A DNA stretch of 64,000 bases, taken from contig NC_086097.1 of NCBI RefSeq assembly GCF_963921235.1, positions 172,796,001 through 172,860,000 of the forward strand, in the 5' to 3' direction. The notes beneath the pieces were generated by a model. The model saw only the letters and a program-made list of their open reading frames with translations. It was not told the origin of the DNA and did not search any database. The DNA is from Mobula hypostoma. Taxonomy: Eukaryota. Positions 1 through 11,110 of the stretch are shown here, piece by piece. The first letter of the stretch is position 1; each line of letters starts with the position of its first letter. Made by a program: the position numbers and the translations under genes.

Positions 1-695
1 CAAAACTGGGCTGAGAAGTGGCAGATGGAGTTCAACCCAGATAAGTGCAAGGTGGTTCATTTTGGTAGGTCAAATATGATGACAGAATATAGTATTAATG
101 GTAAGACTCTTGGCAGTGTGGAGGATAGAGGGACATAGGACACTCAAAGCTGCTTGCAGGTTGACTCTGTGGTTAAGAAGACATATGGTGCATTGGCCTT
201 CATTAATCATGGGATTAAGTTTAGGAGCCAAAAGGTAATGTTGCAGCTATATAGGACCCTGGTCAGACTCCACTTGGAGTACTGTGCTTTGTACTGTGGT
301 CGTCTCACAATAGGAAGGATGTGGAAACCATAGAAAGGGTGCAGAGGAGATTTACAAGGATGTTTTCTGGATAGGGGAGCATGCCTTATGAGAATAGGTT
401 GAGTAAACTCAGCCTTTTTTCCTTGGAGCGACGGAAGATGAAAGGTGATCTGATAGAGGTGTATAAGATGATGAGAGGCATTGATCATGTGGATAGTCAG
501 AGGCTTTTTCCCAGGGCTGAAATGACTAGCACGAGAGGGCACAGTTTTAAGATGCTTGGAAGTAGGTATAGAGGAGATGTCAGGGGTAAGTTTTTTATGC
601 AGAGAGTGGTGAATGCGTGGAATGGGCTGCTGGCGACGGTGGTGGAGGCGGATACGATAGGGTCTTTTAAGAAACTCCGGGACAGGTATATGGAG
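1..695 (+). mobile_element. CR1 LINE 3' part (ORF2 C-terminus), decayed, continues at 1589
   Basis: Frameshifted CR1 motifs WAEKWQMEFN, LVRLHLEYC; ORF 381..710 LFSLERRKMKGDLIEVYKMMRG...FFMQRVVNAWNGL. Confidence 0.93.
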
Positions 696-1588
696 GTCTT
701 ACTAAATTGAATAAACAAATGATAAATCCAATAATTAAATATGCAATACGAATATGGTTTCAATTTTGTAAATTTTTTAGATTGAACAAATTTATCCCAT
801 CAAGTTCTATTATATCTAATTTTTTCTTTCAACCATCTAGAATTGATCAAGCTTTTCTTCTATGGAAAACAAAGGGAATAACATGTTTTCATGATTTATT
901 CATGGATGATTGTTTTATGTCTTTTGAACAGTTGTCTAATAAATATAATTTGCCAAGATCACACTTTTTCAGATACTTACAGATTCTGAATGCTACTTTA
1001 TCTACCTTTCTGATATCGCATCAAATTGAAGTTACGGAAAAAATTTTAGGTTTAAATCCCTATCAGAAGAGTTTAATAGCAATTATTTATGATCTGATTA
1101 CAAAAATATGTCTAGGTACATCTGATAAAATTAAGAATGAGTGGGAAAGAGAACTTCAAATATCTTTATCTACAGAGAAATGGGAGAAAATTCTTCAATT
1201 AGTTAATACTTCCTCAATGTGCGCCAGACACGCTTTGATACAATTTAAAGTGGTTCTCATAGGGCTCATATGTCCGAGGATAAGTTAGCTCGTTTTCACT
1301 GCTTTGTGATAGATGCAATTCTAAGGTAGCTTCCTTGACACGTATGTTCTGGTCTTGTCGTCTTCTAGAAAAATATTGGAAAGATATTTTTGATATTATT
1401 TCAGTAGTTCTGCGTATTGATTTACAACCTCATCATATTACTGCAATTTTGGGACTACCAGTGATAGACTCCAGTCGTTTATCCTTGTCAGCGTGTCGTC
1501 TAATTGCATTTGTTACATTAATAGCCAGAAGATCATTACTATTATGTTTATTAATTTTGAAACAATAAAAAGATTGAAAAAGAAAGAA
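696..1588 (+). mobile_element. L1-clade LINE, 5'-truncated ORF2 C-terminal (cysteine-rich) region
   Basis: ORF 707..1288 WKTKGITCFHDLF..SFEQLSNKYNLPRSHFFRYLQI..CARHALIQFKV, then CDRC..LTRMFWSC; AT-rich; ends AATAAA plus A-rich tail (1564-1590). Confidence 0.85.
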
Positions 1589-1828
1589 AGGAGATATCCA
1601 GGGGTAAGTTTTTTACACAGAGTGTGGTGAATGCATGGAATGGGCTGCTGGCGACGGTGGTGGAGGTGGATACGATGGGGTCTTTTAAGAGACTCCTGGA
1701 TAGGTATATGGAGCTCAGAAAAATAGAGGGCTATGGGTAACCCTAGGTTATTTCTCAGGAAAGGACATGTTCGGCACAGCTTTGTGGGCTGCAGGGCCTG
1801 TATTGTGCTGTAGGTTCTATGTTTCTAT
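1589..1828 (+). mobile_element. CR1 3' end (continuation of the element at 1-695)
   Basis: FFTQSVVNAWNGL-type sequence, 3' UTR and (ttctatg)-type tail. Confidence 0.9.
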
Positions 1829-2850
1829 GGTGGAGTAAAGGGAATTACAGAGGTATGAGAGAGAAGCTGGCTAAAATTGATTGGAAGGGGATACTAGGAG
1901 GAGTGACGGCCGAGCAGCAATGGTTGGATCTGTCGATTCTTGAAAGACCATTACTAATGCCTCCACAATCTCTTTAGCTACCTCTTTCAGAGCTGTAGGG
2001 TGTAGGCCATCTGGTCCAGGTGACTGTTCTACCTTCTCCCTTGTAATGGTCTTCCAAGAATCAGTAGATTCTGACATGGTTCCAGAGGACTGGAAGATTG
2101 CACATGACACTCTGGTCTTCAAGAAGGGAGAGAGGCAGAAGAAAGGGAATTATAGGCCAGTTAGTATAGCCTCAGTAGTTTAGAAGAAATTGGAGTCCAT
2201 TTTTAAGGATGTGGTTTCAGGGTACTTGGAGGCACATGATAAAGTAGGCCGTAGTCAGCATGGTTTCCTTAAGACAAAATCTTGCGGACAAATTTGTTGG
2301 AATTCTTTGAATAAATAAAATGCAGGATAGACAAAGGAGAACTGGTGGAGGTTGTGTACTTGGATTTTCAGAAGGCCCTTGACAAGGTGCAACACATGAG
2401 GCTATGGTACTAGATGAAAGATATTTTCATGGACAGAGCATTGGCTGATTGAACTGAGGCAGAGAGTGGGAACAAAGGGAGTGTTTGATGGCTTTGGGCC
2501 TGTATTCACTGGAATTCAGAAGAATGAGGAGGGATCTCATTGAAACCTATCAAATACTCAAAGGCCTTGATAGAGTGGATGTGGAGAGGATATTTCCTTT
2601 GGTGGGAGAATCTAAGACCAGAAGACACAGGCTCAGAATAGAGGGATGTCTATTTAGAATGGAGATGAGCAGGAACTTCTTTAACCAGAGAGGAGTGAAT
2701 CTGTGGAATTTGTTGTACAGGCAGCTGTGGAAGCCTGTTCATTGGGTATATCTGTATATAAGTCAGAGCCTGATAGATTCTTCATCAGTTGGGGCAGAAA
2801 GGGATACAGGTAGAAGGAAGGAGATTGGGGCTGAGAGGGAAATGGGTTCA
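1829..2850 (+). mobile_element. Rearranged CR1 ORF2 fragment with internal inversion (about 1928-2047) and deletions
   Basis: Minus-strand ORF shows SPGPDGLHPTALKEVAKEIVEAL; plus strand shows VPEDWKIA..FKKGERQKKGNYRPVS and ORF 2485..2859 LGLYSLEFRRMRRDLIETY. Confidence 0.85.
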
Positions 2851-2935
2851 GTGTGTTAGTTGGAGTGTGGGAACTGGGGTCCCAGTGTGTTTGAGTGATT
2901 GTGGGAATTGGGTCCTGTTGTGTTAGAGGGAGAGT

Positions 2936-3064
2936 GGGAACTGGGTTCCCGGTCTGCCAGAGGGAGAGGAATGGGAACTGGGTTCCCGGTCTGCCAGAGG
3001 GAGAGGAATGGGAACTGGGTTCCCGGTCTGCCAGAGGGAGAGGAATGGGAACTGGGTTCCCGGT
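2936..3064. repeat. 37-bp minisatellite, 3 identical copies plus partial, degenerate copies on both flanks
   Basis: Unit gggaactgggttcccggtctgccagagggagaggaat starts at 2936, 2973, 3010, 3047. Confidence 0.95.
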
Positions 3065-3249
3065 GTGTAAGAGGGTGAGTGGAGTAGGGGTGCCATTATG
3101 TTGGAGGGAGCATGAAAATTAGCACCCAGTAAAACATGTGACAAACAATCAGAATCTCCAGATAATCAGATAGCAGTCTGTTGGAGTTTTACTATACATG
3201 AAAAGTATCACTTCCTACAACATTCTGAACTTAATCCTGCAAACAAGAT

Positions 3250-3965
3250 TATCACAGGAACTGCAGAATATTATGGACGCAGCTCCACACATCATGGAAA
3301 CCAGCCTTTCTTCTATGGACTCTGTCTACACTTCTCATTGCCTTTTTGAAGTAGTCTGCATATTCAAAGAACCCAAACACCTGGGAAGTATTCTGTTCAT
3401 ACCCCTCTTATCAGGCAGAAGGTACAGAAGTCTCAATGTATATACATTAGGCTCAAAAATAAATTCTATCCCATTGTTATCAGACTGTTAAACAGTCCTC
3501 TATTCCAATAAGATTGGCTCTTAACCTTATAATCTACCTTGTTGTGGCCTTGCAGCTTATTTTCTGCACTGTACTTTTTCCCTACAGGAGGACATTGCTT
3601 TAGAACAGAGACGAGAAGAAATTTCCTTAGCCACGATCTGTGGAATTCATTGCCGTAGATGGCTGTGGAGGCCAAGTCATTGGGTATATTTAAAGCAGAG
3701 GTTGATAGATCCTGGAATAGTAAGGCAGATTGAGAGGGGAAACAAATTGGACATAAGGGAATGGTGGAGCAGACTGGATGGGCCGATTGGCCTAATTCAT
3801 TGCCTCAGTCGTGTGGTCTTATGGTCTAACTATAACATCTTATTCTGCATTATGTTTACCCTTGCTCTACCTCAATGCGCTGTTGTAATGAAACAATCTG
3901 TTTGAACAGCATGCCAAAATAAAGTTTTTCACGGTACATGCGACAACAATAAACCAATTTAACAG
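3250..3965 (+). mobile_element. Rex1/Babar-type LINE 3' remnant interrupted by a CR1 3' fragment (about 3586-3830)
   Basis: ORF 3198..3491 LQNIMDAAPHIMETSL..LLSGRRYRSL; inner piece has FLSHDLWNSLP and a (tggtctta) tail. Confidence 0.7.
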
Positions 3966-4124
3966 CTTACAAATATTTAATTAGAAAAATCACATGTGCT
4001 GATATTGAAGCTGGCAATGTCATCAATGTTTTTGATTTACTTGGGCACAAGGTGAACAGTAGACCTAAAAGAGAGAGGGAGTTAGAAGTGCATAATCCAC
4101 CTTTCCCCAGAGTTTGCACAATCG

Positions 4125-4855
4125 ATGGTGGAAGAATACAGCATGCTGTTGTGCAGAGGGACTTGGAACTTGTACATGAATCACAGAAAGGTTGATTTGC
4201 AGGTGCAACAAGTTATCAAGAAGGCAAATGGAATGTTGGCCTTCATTGCCAGAGGGATTTTATTTAACAGCAGGGAGGTTATGCTTCATCTCTACAGGAT
4301 ACTAGTGAGGCTGAACCTGGAGTCTGCATGCAGTTCTGTTCTGTTCTTCCTTGAGGAGATATATACTGGATTTGGAGGCAGTGCAGAGAAGGTTCACCAG
4401 TTGATTCTGGAGATGAAAGGGTTAGCCAATGAGGAGACCTTGAGTCGTCTGGGAATATACTTGCTGGAATTCAGAAGAACATGAGGCGATCTTATAGAAA
4501 CATAAAATTATGACAGGGTGAGATAAGATAAAGGTAGAAAAATTGTTTACACTGAAAGCTGAGACCAAAACTAGGGGGCATTGATTCAGGGGAATAGACT
4601 CGGGACAGAGATGAGGAGAAACGGCTTTTCCCAAAGAGTAGTGAAGCTGTGGAATTCTCTATCCAGTGAAGTAGTAGAGACTACCTCATTAAACACATTC
4701 AAGACACAGTTAGATTTTTACAAAGCACAGGAATTAAGGGTGGAGGGGAAAAGGCAGATCAGTGGAGCTGAGTCCACGGCCTGATCAGCCATGATCTTAT
4801 TAGGCTTAATGCCCCAGATGGCCATTAATCTTGCTCCCATTTCTTTTGTTCTTAT
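4125..4855 (+). mobile_element. CR1 3' fragment
   Basis: VIKKANGMLAFIARGI..LYRILVRLNLE; FSQRVVKLWNSL. Confidence 0.88.
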
Positions 4856-5666
4856 TTACTCCTGGTACCTGTTCTGTCATTTGATTAAACACACCACTGG
4901 TGAGAAAGACAAAATAAATTCCATTTTCTTCACTGCAAATGTTTGGGGAGTTTGTACTCTGTGCAGAAAACCTATTTTCATTACTAATGCCCACCGTTGG
5001 AGTAAATTGCTCATTTTCCCTGCAATTCCATCTCTGAGGATACTGCTCTGATCCTTCTTTCAAATCATCCTCACTTAAAACATACTGTTGCTTTTATTAT
5101 GGATTGTTAGAGCTAGAGATGCTCTGGGGTTTACAGGTTTTAATTTCCTGAATGATATAACAACATACCTCTTGCAAAAAAGCAATGAAGATCAGAAAGT
5201 GTTCCTGTACCACATATCTCACGTTCTCTTCAAGATGTCACATAGCACATCCATGAAATAATCTTGCTGCATAATGCAAGAAACCAGGCTGCCAACTTGT
5301 GCACAGAAAGATCCCACAAACAGTAATCGGAAGAGGGGCTGAATTGAGCTTGACTGGGCCTGCGATATTGGCTCACTTCTGAGTCCTGGACCAATGCAAT
5401 GGAATTGGAACTGGAGTTGAAATTGGTTTATTACTGTCACATGTGCCTCGATTCAGTGGCATCCTTGTAGAAGAGATCCACCAGGATATTTCCGGGAATA
5501 GATGGATATAGTTATAAAGAGACAGTGGATAGTTTGGATTTGCCCTCACTGGAATGTAGATGGCTGAGGGAAGGGGCTTATAGAGGTTTACAAAATAATG
5601 CGGAACATAGATGGGAACAATAGTCAGAATCTTTTCCTCAGGGAAAGAAAGTCTTGAAGTATAAGG

Positions 5667-5859
5667 TGCAACACACAAAATACTGGAGGAACTCTGTAGG
5701 TCAGGCAGCATCTGTGGAGAGAAATAAAATGAACAGATTTTTCAGGACTGATGAAAAGTCATTGTGTCCATTTCCCTCCATAGACGCTGCATGACCTGTT
5801 GAGGTCCTCCAGCATTTTGTGTCTGTTATTACTGTTTTCGAGCATCTGCATTCTTCTGT
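5667..5859. mobile_element. Head-to-head pair of Penelope-like termini inserted in a CR1 fragment
   Basis: tactggaggaactc..aggtcaggcagcatct versus agacgctgcatgacctgttgaggtcctccagca; flanked by gtcttgaagtataagg (5651-5666) and gtccagaattataagg (5860-5875). Confidence 0.7.
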
Positions 5860-6126
5860 GTCCAGAATTATAAGGCACGGGTTTTAGGTGAGAAAAATTC
5901 AGAAGGGCTCTGAAGGGTAAGTTTGTCCACATAGAGATTGGTATACAGAAAGAGGAATTAGTAGAAGTGAATACACTTATAATGTTTAAAAGGCATTTGA
6001 AGAGGGAGAGGAAAGGAATAGAGAGATATGGGCATAATACAGGCAAATGATATTAGCATTGGTAGTTATCATGGTTGGCATGGACGAGGTGGTCACAAAG
6101 GACTCATTTAGTAAGACCATAAGACA

Positions 6127-6752
6127 GTAGATTATGAAGACCCACAGTCCTCTTTTATTGTCATTTAGTAATGCATGCATTAAGAAATGATACAATATTT
6201 CCTCCGGTGTGATATCACAAAACATAGGACAGACCAAGGCTGGAAAAAAAACTAACAAATCCACATAATTATAACATATAGTTACAACAGTGCAACAATA
6301 CCATAACTTGATGAAGAAGTCCATGAGCATAGTAAAAGTTCAAAGTCTCTCAAATGTCCCACATCTCACGCAGATGGGAGAAGGAAGAAGAACTCTCCCT
6401 GCCATGCCCGACCACGGTCCAACTCTGAATCATCCGAAAACTTCGAGCTCTGATCAGCTCTCTGACACCGAGTACTGAGCGCCATCTCTATTCGAACGAT
6501 TCGATCTCCATCTCGGTCGCCAACAGCAGGCAAAGCCGGGGATTTTGAGGCCTTCTCTCCGAAAGATTCTCAACCGCGCAATAACGACAGCAGCAAACAA
6601 GCGTTTCAGAAATTTTTCCAGATGTTCCTCTGTGCTTTCACGTCCATCTCCATCAAATCAGAATTGTCTATGGCCCCTATTTAATGGATACGATATCATT
6701 TTTCACCAGAGGGCTGCGCACACGTGGCATGCGGCTTCTCTCTCCTCCTGCC
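6127..6752 (-). mobile_element. Non-coding, CpG-retaining SINE-like retroelement (about 625 bp) inserted in a CR1 tail
   Basis: Splits agaccataagaca|ttggagcagaattag; gaca duplicated at 6123-6126 and 6753-6756; minus-strand 3' end has AATAAA and a short taatct tail. Confidence 0.7.
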
Positions 6753-6756
6753 GACA

Positions 6757-7460
6757 TTGGAGCAGAATTAGACTATTTGGCCCATCATAACAGATTTATT
6801 TTCTATCTTGACCTCATTCTCCTTCATTCCTTGCATAACCTTTAATGCCTAATACTAATCAAGAACATTTCAACTTTTTCTTTAAATATATCCAATGTCT
6901 TGGGCTCTACAGAGTCACCACCCTCTTCCCTCTTCCTCCTCATCTCTGTTCGAAAATGATGTGTCCTCTGTTCCTGGACTGTCCCACTATAGGAAACATC
7001 CTCTTCGCTTGCAATCTATCCAGGTCTTCCAATATTTGGTAGATTTCAGTGATATCCCCCCTCATTCTTCTAAACTCCAGTAGTACAAACTCAAATCCAT
7101 CAAATGCTCCTCATGTGTAAACCCTTTCATTCTGGGATCATTCTTGTAAACCTCCTCTGAACACTCTCCAATCTGTCCTTGGATATGGGCTCCAAAACTG
7201 CTCACAGTGCTGCAATGCAAGTTGACCAATGTCTTAGAAAAAGTCAGCATTATATTCCCGTTTTCATATTCTAGTCTTCTTAACAAAATGAATGATAACA
7301 TTGCATTTGCCTTCTCTACCACTGACTCAACCTGCAAGTTAATCTCTCGGGAATCTGCACTAGGACTCCCTATACACCTCTGATTTGTGAATATGCTTCC
7401 TGCTTAGAAAATAGTCTATGCTTTTATCCGTTCTACCAAAACGCACGACCACACACTTCC
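6757..7460 (-). mobile_element. CR1 3' fragment
   Basis: ORF 7062..7337 QVESVVEKANAMLSFI..FSKTLV. Confidence 0.85.
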
Positions 7461-7836
7461 ATTCAAGTTGTTGGCAGTTTCAATGTCATATCTCATGTCT
7501 TGTCTGGCTAGGAAGGTATCGGGGGCGGGAGGGGTGGGTGCGGTGGTAAATTGCCCAGCGTAACATTAGGGTATCCTACATGATTAGACATCACTGCCAG
7601 ACTCCATATGGAAACTAATATAAAGTGTAAAATCGGGTGACAGATGGACTGGCATTTGTCACTCAGCTCAGCCCAGCCTTACAGCATTAAGTTCTGGTTA
7701 TCTTCATCTTCAACTCAATGCCAAATAATCCTTTCAGAATCACAGGCACATCCAGCACAATCCAGCCCTTTTATGATATTTTCTGAGGAAAGAAATTCCA
7801 AGCAGGACAAAGGGAAAAAAATCTCTTTCTTAGAAG

Positions 7837-8485
7837 CAATGTTCCCTCTAATTTGTAATCACCTGTTTGCACAAAAATCTTGTGCTGTGCATTTTTTTGC
7901 CCAGTGACAACACCATGTGTGCACTATATTTTATATATAGGTGTATTCATTTTTAACAAAATGAATACATGCCAGCAAAACACTGTCAATAAGAATTTTG
8001 ATCTCCTCTGGATTTGATCGTTTTGGCTCGCATTCATTTGCATTCTTACAAAACATACGTAGCAGGTCTGTAGTAGGTTATGAAGGATTTTCTCACCAGA
8101 GCTATGGAACACCATCCACATGTGATTTGCTTGCTAAATGACACTTTAAAAAGTCCAGTTTCCAAATATCACTCTACTTCTTCCCAGTTGCAAATTCTTC
8201 AGCAACTTTTGCACCGTGACAATACACACAGGAAACACCAGTTATTGTACATAAATAAATACTGTAGCTGCACATTCCTGACCTCATGAGCTTTCGGTGT
8301 AGCAGCTTCTACTGTTTCATTAAGCCATTCTGCTATAAGTGCTATAAATAAGCAGTTCTTTTGCACTTTACACCCTTTACTACTTCAGATTTGACATAGT
8401 GAATCAATAATTTACTCAATAAAAACAGGATAAATAAGCCAGTTCTAAAATCTGCAGACAAATCATTACAAGCTCCAAGTTGTCA
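7837..8485 (-). mobile_element. Decayed hAT DNA transposon fragment (TTF-type zinc finger, ZNF862-like transposase N-terminus) with one terminus
   Basis: Manual minus-strand translation GVSCVYCHGAKVAEEFATGKK*SDIWKLDFLKCHLASKSH with stops; terminus-like caatgttccctctaa at 7837; other end lost at the CR1 starting about 8488. Confidence 0.65.
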
Positions 8486-8487
8486 AC

Positions 8488-8835
8488 ATTGAAACCTACA
8501 GAATGTTGAAAGGACTAGATAGGGTGGATGTGGAGAGGATGTTTCCTGTGGTGGCCGTATCCAGAACTAGACGGCGGAGCCTCAAAATTGAGGGGTGACC
8601 TTTTAGAACAGAGGTAGGAAGGAATTTTTTTAGCCAGAGAGTACTGAATCTGTGGAATACTCCACCACAGTCCACAGACTGTGGTGGAGGCCAAGTCCGT
8701 GGGTGTATTTAGGGCAGAAGTTAATCGTTTCCTGATCAGTCGGGGCATCAAAGGATATGGTGAGAAGGCATGCCGGGATCAGGCATGGTGGAATGGTGGA
8801 ACAGACTCGATAGGCTGAATGGTCTTATGGTCTTA
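8488..8835 (+). mobile_element. CR1 3' fragment
   Basis: IETYRMLKGLDRVDVERMFP..FFSQRVLNLWN; (tggtctta) tail. Confidence 0.88.
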
Positions 8836-9350
8836 ATGCCGTCCACATCAGAAACCAGAAAAGGAAATGTGATTATGAACCTGAAACTCATACTCAGTGT
8901 TTTAGGAACAGCCTTTTCCCCTCTGCCATGAGATTTCTGAATGGACCCATGAACACACCTCATTATTCCTCTTATGCACAAATTATTTATTTTTGTAACT
9001 TATGGTAACTTTTATTCCTTGCACTGTACTACTGCCGCAAAACAAGACTTCATGCCATATGTCATTGATAGTAAACCTAATTCTGAAAGGCATGATCAAG
9101 AATATCTGTTACATTGGTAAAGATGGGAAAATGGGATTGATGGAAGTCAAATTGAAATGGGTTACCACAAGATACCCTGCCTTTTGCAACAGCCAGAGTG
9201 TGCTTACAAGACATTTAGACAGGCACTTAAGTAGAAAGGCATGGGAGGATAATGTGGGCAATTAGGAGTTGTGTAGATAGGTAAGTTTGTGGTGGGCTGA
9301 AGGGCCAGTTTCTGTGTGCATGACTCTGACTTCGTGCATTGTGATGTTTA

Positions 9351-9369
9351 GGCCAGTAGAGGGTGCTAA
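9351..9369 (+). promoter_or_regulatory. Candidate CTCF-binding motif
   Basis: ggCCAGTAGAGGGTGCtaa matches the CCASYAGRKGGCRS core with one C>T difference. Confidence 0.45.
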
Positions 9370-9719
9370 CAGTCTATTAATGAACAGGGAACTTGGTCTC
9401 GGCTGTTACGTTGAAATTCAAAAACTAACTCTGTTAGTATAAATTGAAAACCTAGAGATCCTGACAGGGTTCAAGGGAACCTCTTAACTTATTTTGAGGG
9501 TGGAACTCACTGCCATGCTTAGTGGCTGGAATGAGGAGCAAAAGTGCCAACACGTACAGTTTATAAGGGCATAAGGGAATATGGTTATACTTTCATTTCT
9601 GTAGTATCTTTCACAGTTGCAGACTCTATGACGTGCTGTACAGCTCTGGATTCGATTTGAGGCTCTGGGGTGTTGTCTTGTTTGGGATTTCAGCAATGAA
9701 CTGGCAAATTGTTTTATTT

Positions 9720-10310
9720 TGTGCCATCTACATTTGTACAGTGAAAAAACATCCATTCAGATAATTTCATCACATTGGTACATCAAGACAGTACATTGGA
9801 AAGCCAATAACAGAATGCAGAATATAGTGTTATAGCTACAGAGAAAGTGCAGTGTGCAGGTAGACAACAAGGTGCATGGCCATGATGAGGTCGTTGTGAG
9901 GTCAAGAGTCCATCTTATTGTACATGAGGTCCATTCTGTAGTTTTGTAACATTAGGATAGAAGCTGTCCTTGTGCCTGGCTTTTGTATCCTCTGCCCGAT
10001 GGGGGGAGGGGGGTTGGGGAAGAAAAGGGAATGTCCAGGGTGGGTGGGTGTTGGATTTTGTTGAGTGCTTTACCGAGGCAGTGGGAAGTGTAGACAGAGT
10101 CTATGGAGGGAGAGCTGATTTGTTTTTTCTGTCACTGAGCTGTGTCCACAATTCTCTGCAGTTTCTTGCAGTCACAGGCCAGGCAGTTACCATACCAAGG
10201 CATGATGCATCTGGATAAGATGCTTTCTGTAATGCACCTGTAAAAATCAGTCAAAAGGGACACATTAAATGTCCTTAACCTCCTGAGGAAGTTGAGGCAC
10301 TGGTTAAAAC
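9720..10310 (-). mobile_element. Rex1/Babar-type LINE 3' fragment
   Basis: ORF 10132..10584 C-terminal half: FLRRLRTFNVS..FYRCITESILSRCIMPWYGNC..KLQRIVDTAQ. Confidence 0.8.
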
Positions 10311-10719
10311 AGGATGCAGCATATACTGCCTTACCCAACATCCAGAGCTCCAACCCGACATCCAGTACTGTGTGTGTGGAGTTTGCACATTCTAACAGAG
10401 TGCTCCAGTTTCCTCCTACAGCTTGGGGACACAGGAGACTGCAGATGCTGGGATGTGGAGCAACAAACAATCTGTTGGAATGACTCACTGAGTTCCCCTT
10501 AACACATTGTTGCTCCAGTTCGCCACTGTAAACTGTTCCTTGTGTAGGAAGGCAGAGGGTGGTAGGAGAATCAGAGGGAATCAATGGTCATGTGAATTTG
10601 CAGTAGAATCAATGTGCAATGAGACTGATGGGGATGCTGTAAGACTTGATGCTCCAATTGACCTCCTTCAGTGACAAGAGAAAATATAAAATAAGAGTCC
10701 ACAGACAGCAAAGTTCTTT

Positions 10720-11110
10720 CCTCCAGAGCAGAGGCTGAGGGGAGAACTAGTAGAGGTGGATAAAATTATGAGAGGTATAGATAGAGTAGATGGATTGCTT
10801 TCCTCTGGGGGGAAATATCAAAAACTAAGGGGGATAGTTTGAAGATAAGAAGTGAAAAGTTTAAAGGGGATTTATAAAGCAGTTTCTATACACAGAGAGT
10901 GGTAGGTGCCTGGAATGTGCTGCCACAGGTACCTGTACTGGTGGAAGCAGATACAAAAGGTATTTAGACAGATACACGAACATGCAAGGAACGGGGAGAT
11001 GTAGACTTCTGTATGTGCAAAGAGATGGGATTAGTTCAAATTGGCAACTTGGTCAGCACAGACACAGAGGGCCAAAGGACCTTTTCCTGTGCTGTAGAGT
11101 CCAATGCTCT
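10720..11110 (+). mobile_element. CR1 3' fragment
   Basis: aggctgaggggagaactagtagaggtggataaaattatgagaggtatagatagagtagat; acacagagagtggtaggtgcctggaatgtgctgcca. Confidence 0.8.

Noticed and set aside
2936..3064. 37-bp palindrome-containing repeats resembling a CRISPR array
   Set aside because: Units are directly adjacent with no unique spacers, there are no cas genes, and the context is vertebrate.
4806..5320. Possible minus-strand host exons (ORF 4806..5063; GAG|GTATGT donor near 5168)
   Set aside because: No good acceptor in an open frame and no recognisable protein; 5220-5320 looks like a decayed SINE/L2-type tail.
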